The position numbers and the translations under genes are program-made. The notes under the pieces were generated by a model. It did not search any database. It was not told where the DNA came from and saw nothing but the letters and a program-made list of their open reading frames with translations. 62,379 nucleotides of DNA. It comes from Candidatus Micrarchaeota archaeon. Lineage in GTDB: Archaea; Micrarchaeota; Micrarchaeia; Anstonellales; Bilamarchaeaceae. Below are positions 48,145 through 57,389 of this stretch, one piece after another. Position 1 is the first letter of the stretch. Every line of letters starts with the position of its first letter. The stretch lies in NCBI GenBank assembly GCA_030613375.1, contig JAUWMC010000001.1, positions 1 to 62,379 on the forward strand, read 5' to 3'.

Positions 48145-49290
48145 ATGCGTTGGATACTTGCGATATTTCTCATAGGGCTGCTTCTTGTTGCAGGCTGCCC
48201 CCAGGAAGAAGTGGTTGAGGCTGAGCCTGAACCAGAGCCGGAGCCAGAACCGGAACCGGAACCAGAACCGGAGCCTGAACCCGAAGTAATAACGATTGGG
48301 TATATTGGCCCGCTTTCAGGAGACAATTCCCTTGAAGGAACCGAAGCACTTAATGCAATCAAGCTCGCAGCTTCAGAACTTTCAACTCAGGACTATATCT
48401 ATGAAATAGCAGAGCAGGATGGACAGTGTACTGAAGAAGGTGCAGCATCCGCTCTCCAGTCCCTCGTAGATTTCCGTGGAGTAAATGTAATTATCGGAGG
48501 AGTATGTACTGAAGAAGTAGATGGGATAGCACCGCTTCTTGAGCAAAATAATGTGGTGCTTATCTCCCTTGCAACCGGAAACGCTGACAATGATTATGCA
48601 ATGAACTTTGCAGGCTCACCTGAACTTATTGGGGAAGAGATTGCCCAGTTCTGCGTGAATAATGCCTGGCTCAGGACGATGACCATAACTGACGGGACCC
48701 CAGATGCGGAAGCAAAAGAGGCCCTTTTCGATGCAGCAGCAAAGGCAGCCAAGCTTTCTACACAGCCAGCCCAAACCTACAATGAAAATTTCGCTTCCAC
48801 AGTTTCAATAATCAAAGGATACCAGCCTCAGGTTGTGCTGGTATTTGCATCTGATGGAGCAACTGCAGCGGACATTGTGAACCAACTCAAGGATGGAGGA
48901 ATTGAATCTGAAATAATCGGGGATGAAAACATTGTTTCCTCATCCGCAATCTCCGCAATGGGTGCAAATGGAGAGGGAGTGCATGCAATCCTTCCCGAAT
49001 TTGATGCAACCGACCCTGCGGCTTCCTATTTCATGAACAGCTATGTTTCAAGGTATGGGAATCCTTCAAACCAAGTGCTGGTTGCAGATGCAAGGAACGC
49101 GATGTACCTTCTTTCACAGGCAGAGGAGTTCTATTACTACAAAGCAACCGTACAGGACTTCCAGCAGTATTGGACGAACCTGGAAAGCTGGGCAGGAATG
49201 GGTGCGACACTTACATTCGAGAATGGAGACAGGGTTGCTTCGTTCAGGATGGTTAAAGTGAGCGGCGGGACCACGCAACAGGTCTCGTAA
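48145..49290 (+). CDS. ABC-type branched-chain amino acid substrate-binding lipoprotein (LivJ-like)
   Basis: VAGC lipobox, (EP)10 linker, ITIGYIGPLSG, DGQC, IIGGVCT. Confidence 0.85.
   Translation: MRWILAIFLIGLLLVAGCPQEEVVEAEPEPEPEPEPEPEPEPEPEPEVITIGYIGPLSGDNSLEGTEALNAIKLAASELSTQDYIYEIAEQDGQCTEEGAASALQSLVDFRGVNVIIGGVCTEEVDGIAPLLEQNNVVLISLATGNADNDYAMNFAGSPELIGEEIAQFCVNNAWLRTMTITDGTPDAEAKEALFDAAAKAAKLSTQPAQTYNENFASTVSIIKGYQPQVVLVFASDGATAADIVNQLKDGGIESEIIGDENIVSSSAISAMGANGEGVHAILPEFDATDPAASYFMNSYVSRYGNPSNQVLVADARNAMYLLSQAEEFYYYKATVQDFQQYWTNLESWAGMGATLTFENGDRVASFRMVKVSGGTTQQVS
48223..48282 (+). repeat. (Glu-Pro)10 coding repeat
   Basis: GARCCN x10 with mixed synonymous codons. Confidence 0.9.
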
Positions 49291-49350
49291 CCCTTTTTAT
49301 TCCTTTTTCTTCATTTTATCCTTCACCATTTTACTTTTATGAAGTAGATT

Positions 49351-49425
49351 GGGCCTGTAGCTCAGCTTGGTTAGAGCACCGGACTCTTAATCCGGGTGTC
49401 GGGGGTTCGAATCCCCTCAGGCCCG
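49351..49425 (+). tRNA. tRNA-Lys(CTT), intronless
   Basis: GGGCCTG/CAGGCCC acceptor; CCGGA-CTCTTAA-TCCGG anticodon arm; GGTTCGAATCC. Confidence 0.96.
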
Positions 49426-49556
49426 CTTCTTCTTTTCTGCCAAAAAACAGGAGACATCTTCACAAGAGTCTTGTGATCTCAGTGGTCAAAAAAATATGGT
49501 GCCCCATGGGAGATTTATAAACAAGAATATGCATATTATTCTAGGTGGGAGAGCAA

Positions 49557-50207
49557 ATGGAAGAGCTAAACCTCACGCTTGTTCCTGTAGCGCATATCTC
49601 GAAGAAAAGCGCGGAACTTGTAAGGGAAACAATAGAGCAGGAAAACCCTCAGATTATAGGCCTGGAATTGTGCAGGGAGAGGCTGGAAGGTCTAGTGAGA
49701 GGGGGAACCAGGTCAATGGATTTCCGCACAGTAATCAGCCACCCCACATCTGCATTAATGTTCGCAGCACAGCAGATTCTGGGAAAATGGTGGCATATAC
49801 AGCCGGGAAGCGAGATGATTGAAGCCCTAAGGGCTGCAAGAGACATAGAAAAGCCCATAATACTTCTGGATAAGCCGATACGGGTAATCGCAAGAGACAT
49901 AGAAAAAATCCCCCTTAAGGAAAAGATAGGAATGATCTTTTCTGGAGGAAACCCCATCAAAAAGAAAATGGGCCTGAAAGAAATGATGCAGCCTGAGAAC
50001 CTCAATATTCTCCTTTCCAAGCTGGAGGGGGAGTTTCCCATATCCTACAGCGTTTTTGTGGATTCCAGAAACAAATACATGTTCAGGAAACTTCTTTTTC
50101 ACAAACCAGAAAGTGCAGTGGTAATCGTAGGGGCCGCCCATGTTCCCGGTCTGCAGAAACTCGCGGAAGAATCCGAGCAAAAAATAAATGTAAAGGTTGC
50201 AAGGTGA
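49557..50207 (+). CDS. TraB/GumN (TraB domain) family protein
   Basis: VAHISKKS, GLELCRERL, PGSEM..A, DSRNKYM, VGAAHVPGL. Confidence 0.9.
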   Translation: MEELNLTLVPVAHISKKSAELVRETIEQENPQIIGLELCRERLEGLVRGGTRSMDFRTVISHPTSALMFAAQQILGKWWHIQPGSEMIEALRAARDIEKPIILLDKPIRVIARDIEKIPLKEKIGMIFSGGNPIKKKMGLKEMMQPENLNILLSKLEGEFPISYSVFVDSRNKYMFRKLLFHKPESAVVIVGAAHVPGLQKLAEESEQKINVKVAR

Positions 50208-50211
50208 GCAA

Positions 50212-50463
50212 ATGGACATCGTTCTAAGGACAAAACCAGCAAATGTTTTCCTTTTTCTCAAGGGAAGGGATTCCGCATACCTTTCTGAAATAGCAAAAGA
50301 AACCGGCACAACATACGTGTACATAACAAATTTCGTTTCAAGGCTTCTGGAAACGGGTTTTGTTTCAGTTGAATCCAAAGGAAAAAAGAAAATGGTTAAG
50401 CTTACTGAAAAAGGAAGGGAAATTGCATCTCATTTGGAAGAAATAAGGAGGAAATCCGAATGA
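50212..50463 (+). CDS. Winged-helix DNA-binding protein (MarR-like)
   Basis: YLSEIAKETGTTY...GKKKMVKLTEKGREIA. Confidence 0.85.
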   Translation: MDIVLRTKPANVFLFLKGRDSAYLSEIAKETGTTYVYITNFVSRLLETGFVSVESKGKKKMVKLTEKGREIASHLEEIRRKSE

Positions 50464-51068
50464 TTGAAGTATTCAAGGGAATCTCAACCCACCCGGTAAG
50501 GGGAGCAAGCGGTACAGTTGCAACAGGGTACACAATCGGGAATTTTGCAGTAGATGCCCCAGAAGGCGTAAATTATCCCGGTTCCCCATTAATCCTGCTG
50601 ACGCATGCGCATTGTGACCACATCTGCGGTTTGTCCCTCCACAACCATCCCTATGCATGCTCTGAATTCACTGCAAAAGCAATAACGGAAGTAAGAGAAG
50701 AAGCAACCCTTTGTACTCATTTAGGGTTCCAGATTCCAAGAAGGCCCCCGCAGCAAATCCTGAAGGATGGTCAGATTCTCCAGGGAGATGGATTTACAAT
50801 AGAAGTAATCTCTACCCCTGGGCATTGTGAAGGTGCACTATGTTTCTACGTTCCGGAGCTCAAAGCACTATTCACTGGAGACACTGTATTTGGGGGACGG
50901 GCGCTCCCTTCAGTCAGTCTCCCTACGAGCGATCCCCAAGCTCTAATTAACTCATATGAAAAGCTCTCAGCTTACGAAACAGAAAAAATTTATCCAGGCC
51001 ACGGGATCCCGTTTTCCGCAAAGGGCTACATCCGCGACCTGCTCTCAACCTTGAACGAATTTATATAA
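50460..51068 (+). CDS. Metallo-beta-lactamase fold hydrolase
   Basis: LTHAHCDH, TPGH, LFTGDTVF, YPGHG. Confidence 0.92.
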   Translation: MIEVFKGISTHPVRGASGTVATGYTIGNFAVDAPEGVNYPGSPLILLTHAHCDHICGLSLHNHPYACSEFTAKAITEVREEATLCTHLGFQIPRRPPQQILKDGQILQGDGFTIEVISTPGHCEGALCFYVPELKALFTGDTVFGGRALPSVSLPTSDPQALINSYEKLSAYETEKIYPGHGIPFSAKGYIRDLLSTLNEFI

Positions 51069-51498
51069 TCCTGAGCTTCACGGTTTTTCCCGCTTGCTCA
51101 AGCACTTTATTGTAGTTGAGATAATGGGCATATACAGTAATCTTTATTGGAATCTCTCCAGGTGCTGTCATGCGGCTCCCATGGATGTTTATGGAGAATG
51201 TTTTAGTTCCTCCAGCAGCCACTTCCCCCATCCTTTCCTCATGGTGCTTCTGCCCGGATGTCACATCAAAACCAAGCTTCTGCCCACGGGGCAATTCAAC
51301 ATCAACGGAAACAAGGTGTTTTTCCCCTGAAGTATTCTTCACGGTTATGCTCATCCCAACCTTTGAATCCTTGTGAGATTTCATCCTCAAAGAGCTGAAT
51401 TTATGTGAAATCTTGAAAGGACTGGAACCCCTTGAAGGGATCTCTGCATGTTCTTCGGATTCTTCTCTTCTCCCGCTTAACCAATCAAACAGACCCAT
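51061..51498 (-). CDS. Hypothetical beta-sandwich protein with N-terminal amphipathic helix
   Basis: MGLFDWLSG start (ATG 51498); alternating beta-strand pattern. Confidence 0.7.
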   Translation of the reverse strand: MGLFDWLSGRREESEEHAEIPSRGSSPFKISHKFSSLRMKSHKDSKVGMSITVKNTSGEKHLVSVDVELPRGQKLGFDVTSGQKHHEERMGEVAAGGTKTFSINIHGSRMTAPGEIPIKITVYAHYLNYNKVLEQAGKTVKLRII

Positions 51499-51624
51499 AA
51501 TATCACGATAGAAAACTGTCAGGTTATGTTTAAAACGCTTTGCCCTTCTCTCGAAGTAAAAACCACACAATCACACCACTCAACCCTATAGTAGAAACAT
51601 TTAAATACCTGTTACAGTTCAATA

Positions 51625-51710
51625 GGAAGTTGCGTATTTTGGGGAGGAACTGGTCGCCTTGCCAGCCAGCGCAGTTAAATGCGCTGGCCTAATTCTTTTT
51701 CTCTTTTCCC
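51625..51710 (+). other. Short structured leader or candidate small RNA upstream of rtcA
   Basis: TATA TTTAAATA (51600-51607), 9-bp stem GCCAGCGCA/TGCGCTGGC (51665-51688), then a T tract. Confidence 0.4.
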
Positions 51711-51724
51711 GCAGGTGAAAATTT

Positions 51725-52696
51725 ATGACGGAAATGATTGAGATTGATGGTTCTTTTGGCGAGTCTGGAGGCCAGATTGTCCGCACTTCCCTATCACTTT
51801 CTGCACTTACAGGAATTCCAATTACTATAAGTAATATACGGGCAGGAAGAAGCCCATCTGGTCTCAAGCCCCAGCATATGGCGGGGGCACGTGCGGTCCG
51901 CTCAATTTGTAGAGGAACTCTTGAAGGAGTAGAAGAAGGAAGCAGCAAACTTACCTACACTCCGGGAAAAATCTACGGGGGAAAATATGATTTTCATATA
52001 GGAACCGCAGGCTCCACAATCCTTCTTGCACAGACAATTCTTCCCCTCCTTTTTGCATCCTCCAAGAAAAGCAGGGTAACAATAACCGGGGGGACAGATG
52101 TGCCCAAAGCCCCCACTTACGATTACTTCAAGGAGATCTTCCTTCCTGCACTTTCCCTTTTCGGGCTGAATGCAAAATGCTCACTTGAAAAAGCAGGCCA
52201 TTTTCCAAAGGGAGGAGGCACAATAACGCTCGAAATTGAGCCCGCAAAACCCAAACCGGTTTCTTACTGGTCCAGAGAATCTATTCCAAAAGCAATAATC
52301 TCAATCTCCGGTCTCCCATTAGGGATTGCAATGCGCGAGAAAAAAGTTCTCCTCAACAACAAAATAGAAGAGGTTTACATAAGGGAAAGGAATGCGCTTG
52401 ACCCTGGAAATGCACTCCTTTTGTACAGGGGCTTGGTGGGAAGCGCAGTGCTTGGGAAAAAAGGCCTGCGTGCAGAAACGGTTTCCCAGAATGCAATAGA
52501 TTTCCTGAAAGAAGAAGGAGATGTGGATGTTGACCATAATCTTGCAGACCAGCTTCTCATTTACTCTGCACTTGCAGGAAAAACAAGCTTTAAAACTTCT
52601 CACATCTCAAAGCATACGGAAACCAACATGCATATAATTGAGAAATTCCTCGGGAAGCAGTTCTCTGTTGATGGAACTATTGTAAAGGTGGAATAA
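51725..52696 (+). CDS. rtcA: RNA 3'-terminal phosphate cyclase
   Basis: IDGSFGESGGQIVRT, GLKPQH, GTAGS, GGTDV, HNLADQL. Confidence 0.95.
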   Translation: MTEMIEIDGSFGESGGQIVRTSLSLSALTGIPITISNIRAGRSPSGLKPQHMAGARAVRSICRGTLEGVEEGSSKLTYTPGKIYGGKYDFHIGTAGSTILLAQTILPLLFASSKKSRVTITGGTDVPKAPTYDYFKEIFLPALSLFGLNAKCSLEKAGHFPKGGGTITLEIEPAKPKPVSYWSRESIPKAIISISGLPLGIAMREKKVLLNNKIEEVYIRERNALDPGNALLLYRGLVGSAVLGKKGLRAETVSQNAIDFLKEEGDVDVDHNLADQLLIYSALAGKTSFKTSHISKHTETNMHIIEKFLGKQFSVDGTIVKVE

Positions 52697-53319
52697 TGGT
52701 TGCAATGCTTGACAAGCCCGGACTTGCACTCACAATCATTTTCGGATTGGCCATACTCCTCCTTGGGGATTTTTCCTATTTGCTCCTTGTATTCATATTC
52801 TTGATCCTTTCAATAATGGCTACAAAATACGGTTACCATGAAAAAAAGGAAATGGGAATATATGAGCACGATCGGAGCTGGGAAAATGTGCTTTCCAATG
52901 GCCTGGTTCCCACAATTGTGGTGGTGGCGGGATTTTTCATGGGATGGGGTCCGATCCCATACATATGTGCGATAGCTGCAGTAACCTCAGACAAGTTCGC
53001 TTCGGAGCTCGGAGTCTTGGGGGGCAACCCAATCTCATTGGATGGATTCAAAAGAGTTAAAGCAGGAACCAGTGGAGCAGTAAGCAGTACTGGGACCCTG
53101 ATGTCCCTTGCAGGTTCTGCAGCAGTGGGAATTGCAGCAATGTTTCTTTTTGGGATAAGCCCAAGCACAGCCCTTCTTGTGACCCTTGCAGGATTTGCAG
53201 GGAGTTTGGTTGACACACTGTTTGGGGTGTTTGAAGAAAAAGGTTTCGGTACGAAAGGTACAACGAACATTATATGCTCTATTGTAGGAGCATTGATTGG
53301 TTTAATGGTGATATCATGA
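52696..53319 (+). CDS. DUF92/TMEM19 family membrane protein
   Basis: RSWENVLSNG, DKFASELG, GTSGAVS, GSLVDTLFG. Confidence 0.9.
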   Translation: MVAMLDKPGLALTIIFGLAILLLGDFSYLLLVFIFLILSIMATKYGYHEKKEMGIYEHDRSWENVLSNGLVPTIVVVAGFFMGWGPIPYICAIAAVTSDKFASELGVLGGNPISLDGFKRVKAGTSGAVSSTGTLMSLAGSAAVGIAAMFLFGISPSTALLVTLAGFAGSLVDTLFGVFEEKGFGTKGTTNIICSIVGALIGLMVIS

Positions 53320-54056
53320 AAGCAGTAGTATTATGCGGAGGGGAAGGAACAAGGCTCAGGCCTTATACATACACAGTCCCAAAACCCATGCTGTGGCTTG
53401 GAGGGAGACATATCCTCGAATATGCGGTTGAACACCTTAGGAAGAGTGGAATAACTGACATAATTCTCTCAGTTGGATATCTCAAGGAGCAGATAATGGA
53501 CCATTTTGGAGATGGAAGCAAATTCGGAGTGAACATTGAATATTTTGTGGAGGATGAAGCCCTTTTTACTGCAGGGGCAATCTACCCGCACAAAAGCAAG
53601 CTCAAAGATGAAAGATTCCTTGTATTCATGGGGGACCACGTAACAAACATAAACATAGATAAGTTTCTGAAAACCCATGAAAAAACCGGGGCAATTGCAA
53701 CAATTGCAGTAAGGAAGAAAAAGGTCTCTCTGGAGTACGGAATGATTGAAGCAAACGAGAAATCCAAGATTGTAAAAAGCTTCCAGGAAAAGCCGGTCAT
53801 GAATTACTTAATCAATACAGGAATGTATGTCTTTGAGCCCAAGGCCTTGGATTACATAAAGCCTAAAGAAGACTTTGCAAAGGATATTTTCCCAAGGATG
53901 CTGGAAGCAAAGGAAAAGCTCGGAGTGTACAAGTTCAGCAGGGAATATTGGATAGACATTGGAAGAGTAAAGGACTACGAAAGAATGAGGGAACTCTTCA
54001 GCGTAATCGACCTTGCAAGAGACCTGTCCCCGCCCCTAGATATGTACGAAGAGTAG
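53316..54056 (+). CDS. NDP-sugar pyrophosphorylase (nucleotidyltransferase)
   Basis: LCGGEGTRLRPYT..PKPM, FQEKP, INTGMY, WIDIG. Confidence 0.92.
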   Translation: MKAVVLCGGEGTRLRPYTYTVPKPMLWLGGRHILEYAVEHLRKSGITDIILSVGYLKEQIMDHFGDGSKFGVNIEYFVEDEALFTAGAIYPHKSKLKDERFLVFMGDHVTNINIDKFLKTHEKTGAIATIAVRKKKVSLEYGMIEANEKSKIVKSFQEKPVMNYLINTGMYVFEPKALDYIKPKEDFAKDIFPRMLEAKEKLGVYKFSREYWIDIGRVKDYERMRELFSVIDLARDLSPPLDMYEE

Positions 54057-55025
54057 AATCACCCCTACTCCTACAAGGGCTTGTAGGCACATCATTACCA
54101 AAACTAATTTGTATTCTTCCATTCCCCCAGTAAGTTTCAGCACTAAATCAACAAGCCCCCTCGGCTTCCCTTTTTGGGGCATGAGCTTTCCATATTTCAA
54201 ATCAACAAATGTTTTCGGGAGCTTATTGGGCAACTTAATTAGGAAGTCCAGCACATAAAGCGCAAGAATGAGTGCCCCCGCACTTTCTAGATTTCCTATA
54301 ATCACTCCAGTTGCAAGCACAGCCCCGATCATAAGCGTTCCCACATCCCCCGGGAAAACACTTGCAGGGTACCAGTTTTTTGGAAGGAATCCAAGCACAG
54401 CCCCTAACATTGGAATAAATAATACAAGCATCTCCGGGCTTCCATGCACCCATGCAATTATGCTCATGCATGCAAACAAAACAGCACCCATTCCGGTTTC
54501 AATCCCGTTGAATCCTGCAAGCATATTTGTAAGGTTTGAAGCAACCGCAACCCCCACCGGAAGCAGAATAAGAATATACAGAATTCCGAAGTCCACCATC
54601 CCTATAAACGGAAGCATCATAGAAGTGCTTCCTGCAGCCTTCACAGCAATTAATGGAATTGCAGAAAGTAGTGGAATGAATGCCTTTGCCCACTGTGGAA
54701 CATCTAAAATATCATCGAGTATCCCGATAAATGCAAGGGTCTGAATCGTAAGCAGCCCTGCAAGCACAAAAACAATATTGAAAGTAAGCCCACTGAACGT
54801 GCTCAGCATAATCGCAAGCAATATTCCCGAGGAAAAACCCACAACAATGGAAATTCCCCCCATCTCCGCAACTTCTGGCTTGTGGGCCTTGTGCATATCC
54901 TTCCCGACAAACCCAAACTTTTTCAGCCTAGGCACAAGTGCTATGGAAAATGCATAGCTGGTTCCTATTGAAACTAAGAAAATGGCAATATATGCAAAAA
55001 GATCATTCTCAAAAATTGAAAGCAA
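54036..55025 (-). CDS. aglH: UDP-GlcNAc:polyprenyl-phosphate GlcNAc-1-phosphate transferase (AglH/MraY family)
   Basis: GKDMHK...VAEMGG, GILDD, NMLAGFNGIE, FPGDVGT. Confidence 0.85.
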   Translation of the reverse strand: MLSIFENDLFAYIAIFLVSIGTSYAFSIALVPRLKKFGFVGKDMHKAHKPEVAEMGGISIVVGFSSGILLAIMLSTFSGLTFNIVFVLAGLLTIQTLAFIGILDDILDVPQWAKAFIPLLSAIPLIAVKAAGSTSMMLPFIGMVDFGILYILILLPVGVAVASNLTNMLAGFNGIETGMGAVLFACMSIIAWVHGSPEMLVLFIPMLGAVLGFLPKNWYPASVFPGDVGTLMIGAVLATGVIIGNLESAGALILALYVLDFLIKLPNKLPKTFVDLKYGKLMPQKGKPRGLVDLVLKLTGGMEEYKLVLVMMCLQALVGVGVILLFVHI

Positions 55026-56273
55026 CTATCCACCCCTCAATTTCTCGAGTATTTCCTTTGCAGCTTCAGTAGAGTAATCATTTTTTTCTACCATCTTTTC
55101 CACAACGTTTTTTACTTCATCTTCCTTTGCGCCTGCAGCCACTGCAAGGTTTGCTGCATGAAGCTTCATATGCCCTTTCTGTATTCCCACGGTTGAAAGC
55201 GCATTGAGCGCTGCAAAGTTCTGCGCAAGCCCCACAGCGGCCATAACCATAGAAAGCTCCTGCGCACCTTTAACATCTAGAATCTTAAGTGAGATACCTG
55301 CAATCGGGCTCGTATTTATCGCCCCCCCAACTGTACCTACTGTAAGCGGAAGCTCAATCTCACCAACCAAATCCCCATTCTCATCCTTGTAAAACTTATT
55401 CAAGGGTTTATACCCATCCATCGCCGCATACGCGTGTACGGATGCCTCCACAGCCCTCCAGTCGTTTCCGGTAGCAACTGCAACAGCATCTACTCCATTC
55501 ATTATTCCCTTGTTGTGCGTGCAGCACCTGTAAATGTCATTTGCAGCAAATTCATATCCATCCAGCATCTTCTCAATCGCATCTTCCCCAACCACTTCTT
55601 TTTTCCAGACACATTTTGCGCGTGCCTTCCTCTTGGTTGCAAGGTTCGTGAGTATTCTCAGCCGCACTTTCCCACCGATTTTCTCTTCAAGCAGCGGCGC
55701 AATTCCCTCAAGAAGCGTATTGATTGTATTTGCGCCCATTGCGTCCCGTACATCTACATAGAAAATCGCAATCAGCATCTTCCCTCTGGAAGTATCCAGG
55801 ATATGCGCTTCACATTCCTTATATCCTCCCCCATACATTTCCATTCCGGATGCAAGCTCCTTCGCCTTCACTGCAATTTCCTCTTTATTAAAATTAAACT
55901 TCTCAAGGGCATCATCAGAAATCCCAACAAGCTGCACTTGTCCGGTCATAACAGGTTCATCTGCATCAGCAGTAAAACCACCACACTTTGCAGCAAGCTT
56001 TGCAGCTTTCGCAGCCCCCGCAACAACTGAAGGCTCTTCTATGCACATTGGTACTACGTATTCCTTTCCATTAATCACAAAACCTGGTACAATCCCCAAA
56101 GGAAGGTGGTTTATTCCAACCACATTCTCAATCATGCGGTTTGCAGTATCCAGATCAAGTGCACCTGAGTCCAGAAGCACTTTCGCCTCATCATCGCTAA
56201 TCCCCCTCTCTTTTTTGAGTATCTCTATACGCTCTTGAATATTCTTTTTGTAGAATCCTGAGAATGCGTTCAT
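55026..56273 (-). CDS. mvaA: HMG-CoA reductase, class II (degradative/bacterial type)
   Basis: MIENVVG, EEPSVVA, DAMGANTIN, THNKGIMNG, GNDWRAVEA, GIQKGHMKLH. Confidence 0.95.
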   Translation of the reverse strand: MNAFSGFYKKNIQERIEILKKERGISDDEAKVLLDSGALDLDTANRMIENVVGINHLPLGIVPGFVINGKEYVVPMCIEEPSVVAGAAKAAKLAAKCGGFTADADEPVMTGQVQLVGISDDALEKFNFNKEEIAVKAKELASGMEMYGGGYKECEAHILDTSRGKMLIAIFYVDVRDAMGANTINTLLEGIAPLLEEKIGGKVRLRILTNLATKRKARAKCVWKKEVVGEDAIEKMLDGYEFAANDIYRCCTHNKGIMNGVDAVAVATGNDWRAVEASVHAYAAMDGYKPLNKFYKDENGDLVGEIELPLTVGTVGGAINTSPIAGISLKILDVKGAQELSMVMAAVGLAQNFAALNALSTVGIQKGHMKLHAANLAVAAGAKEDEVKNVVEKMVEKNDYSTEAAKEILEKLRGG

Positions 56274-56309
56274 AGGGTTCACTTTAGCCCCAAAAACCTT
56301 TATAATTGA

Positions 56310-56750
56310 CTATTTTTCCATGGAATCCAGCGCCTTTCCTATGTTCTCAAAGGCCTCATCAAACTCTTTCTCGTAAACCTTCCTGATTGCGTCTCGTAGT
56401 TTTTCCTTGTCCTTGGAAATAAAGTACTGACCTTTTTCTCTTTGGATAAGACCCATATTTGCAAGCTTCTGCAAATGGTAATACACTGTTTTCTCGGAAA
56501 CAGAGTTCTTCCTTTTCTTGCTCACTTTATCGTAAATCTCTTTGGTTGTAGGCTTCTTTCCATGTGAAAACTCCTTCAGCAACACATCCAGCACATCAAT
56601 CACAATAGTCCTGCTTTCATTCGGGGAAATCAACCCCAAAGAAAGGGCAATCCAACGTACAAGGGATTTGCGGGTAAGCCTCACATCATCTGTAAGTGCC
56701 ATGTTTCGCACTACAAGCTCCCGTTTAATCAGCTCAGCCTCTGGAATCAT
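56310..56750 (-). CDS. Winged-helix domain protein
   Basis: SLGLISPNESR...KTVYYHLQKLANMGLI. Confidence 0.75.
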   Translation of the reverse strand: MIPEAELIKRELVVRNMALTDDVRLTRKSLVRWIALSLGLISPNESRTIVIDVLDVLLKEFSHGKKPTTKEIYDKVSKKRKNSVSEKTVYYHLQKLANMGLIQREKGQYFISKDKEKLRDAIRKVYEKEFDEAFENIGKALDSMEK

Positions 56751-56812
56751 CAAAATCTATTCAACAGCAACAATTAAATTCCTTGGTTGCCCCATATTCT
56801 ACAGGTGGGAAC

Positions 56813-57166
56813 ATGAAAGTATCTTTAAGCACTTATCCTGAAGCTATACCCGCATACCCGGGAAAAACAATAAATCTTATTATTGATGCGAACTCCACAA
56901 GTGAGAATGCAACCTGGCTTGAAGCTCAAATAACTCTCGAAGCAGGCCTTTCTCTCCAAGCACACAAGAGCGTGCATGCAGGAAGGTTTAGAGTTGGAAT
57001 TTGTGAAGGAAGGGAATCTTGTTCCAAGCCCATAAAGATTTATGCGGAGCACAATGTGCGTTCTCATCTCTACAAATGCCACGTTTCCGTATTTGCTTAC
57101 AACAAAAAAGGCGAATCAAACGGAAGGATTGATGAGCACACCCTAATCAAGTGCGACTCTAAATAA
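56813..57166 (+). CDS. Hypothetical beta-sandwich protein
   Basis: RBS AGGTGG before ATG 56813; strand pattern similar to 51061-51498. Confidence 0.65.
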   Translation: MKVSLSTYPEAIPAYPGKTINLIIDANSTSENATWLEAQITLEAGLSLQAHKSVHAGRFRVGICEGRESCSKPIKIYAEHNVRSHLYKCHVSVFAYNKKGESNGRIDEHTLIKCDSK

Positions 57167-57197
57167 TAAGCAATTTAAACCAGCAGAAAAAATTGAT

Positions 57198-57272
57198 TAG
57201 CGGGAGATGGATTTGAACCATCGACCTCCGGGTTATGAGCCCGGCGGGAACTCCAGACTCCCCTATCCCGCT
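57198..57272 (-). tRNA. Initiator tRNA-Met(CAT)
   Basis: AGCGGGA start (A1-U72); anticodon arm CCGGG-CTCATAA-CCCGG with three consecutive G-C pairs; GGTTCAAATCC. Confidence 0.95.
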
Positions 57273-57389
57273 GTTTAATGTTTAAGGAGTTGGTACTGTT
57301 AACGTTCATTTGTCTTTATAAATATTCCCAATGCGATTGTTTCTCCCGTAAAACAAAAAGATTAGAGTAAAACAGAAGAAAATTTTTTA

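Noticed and set aside
48223..48282. Phase-variable microsatellite
   Set aside because: The repeat is in frame with mixed synonymous codons, so it is an ordinary Glu-Pro linker.
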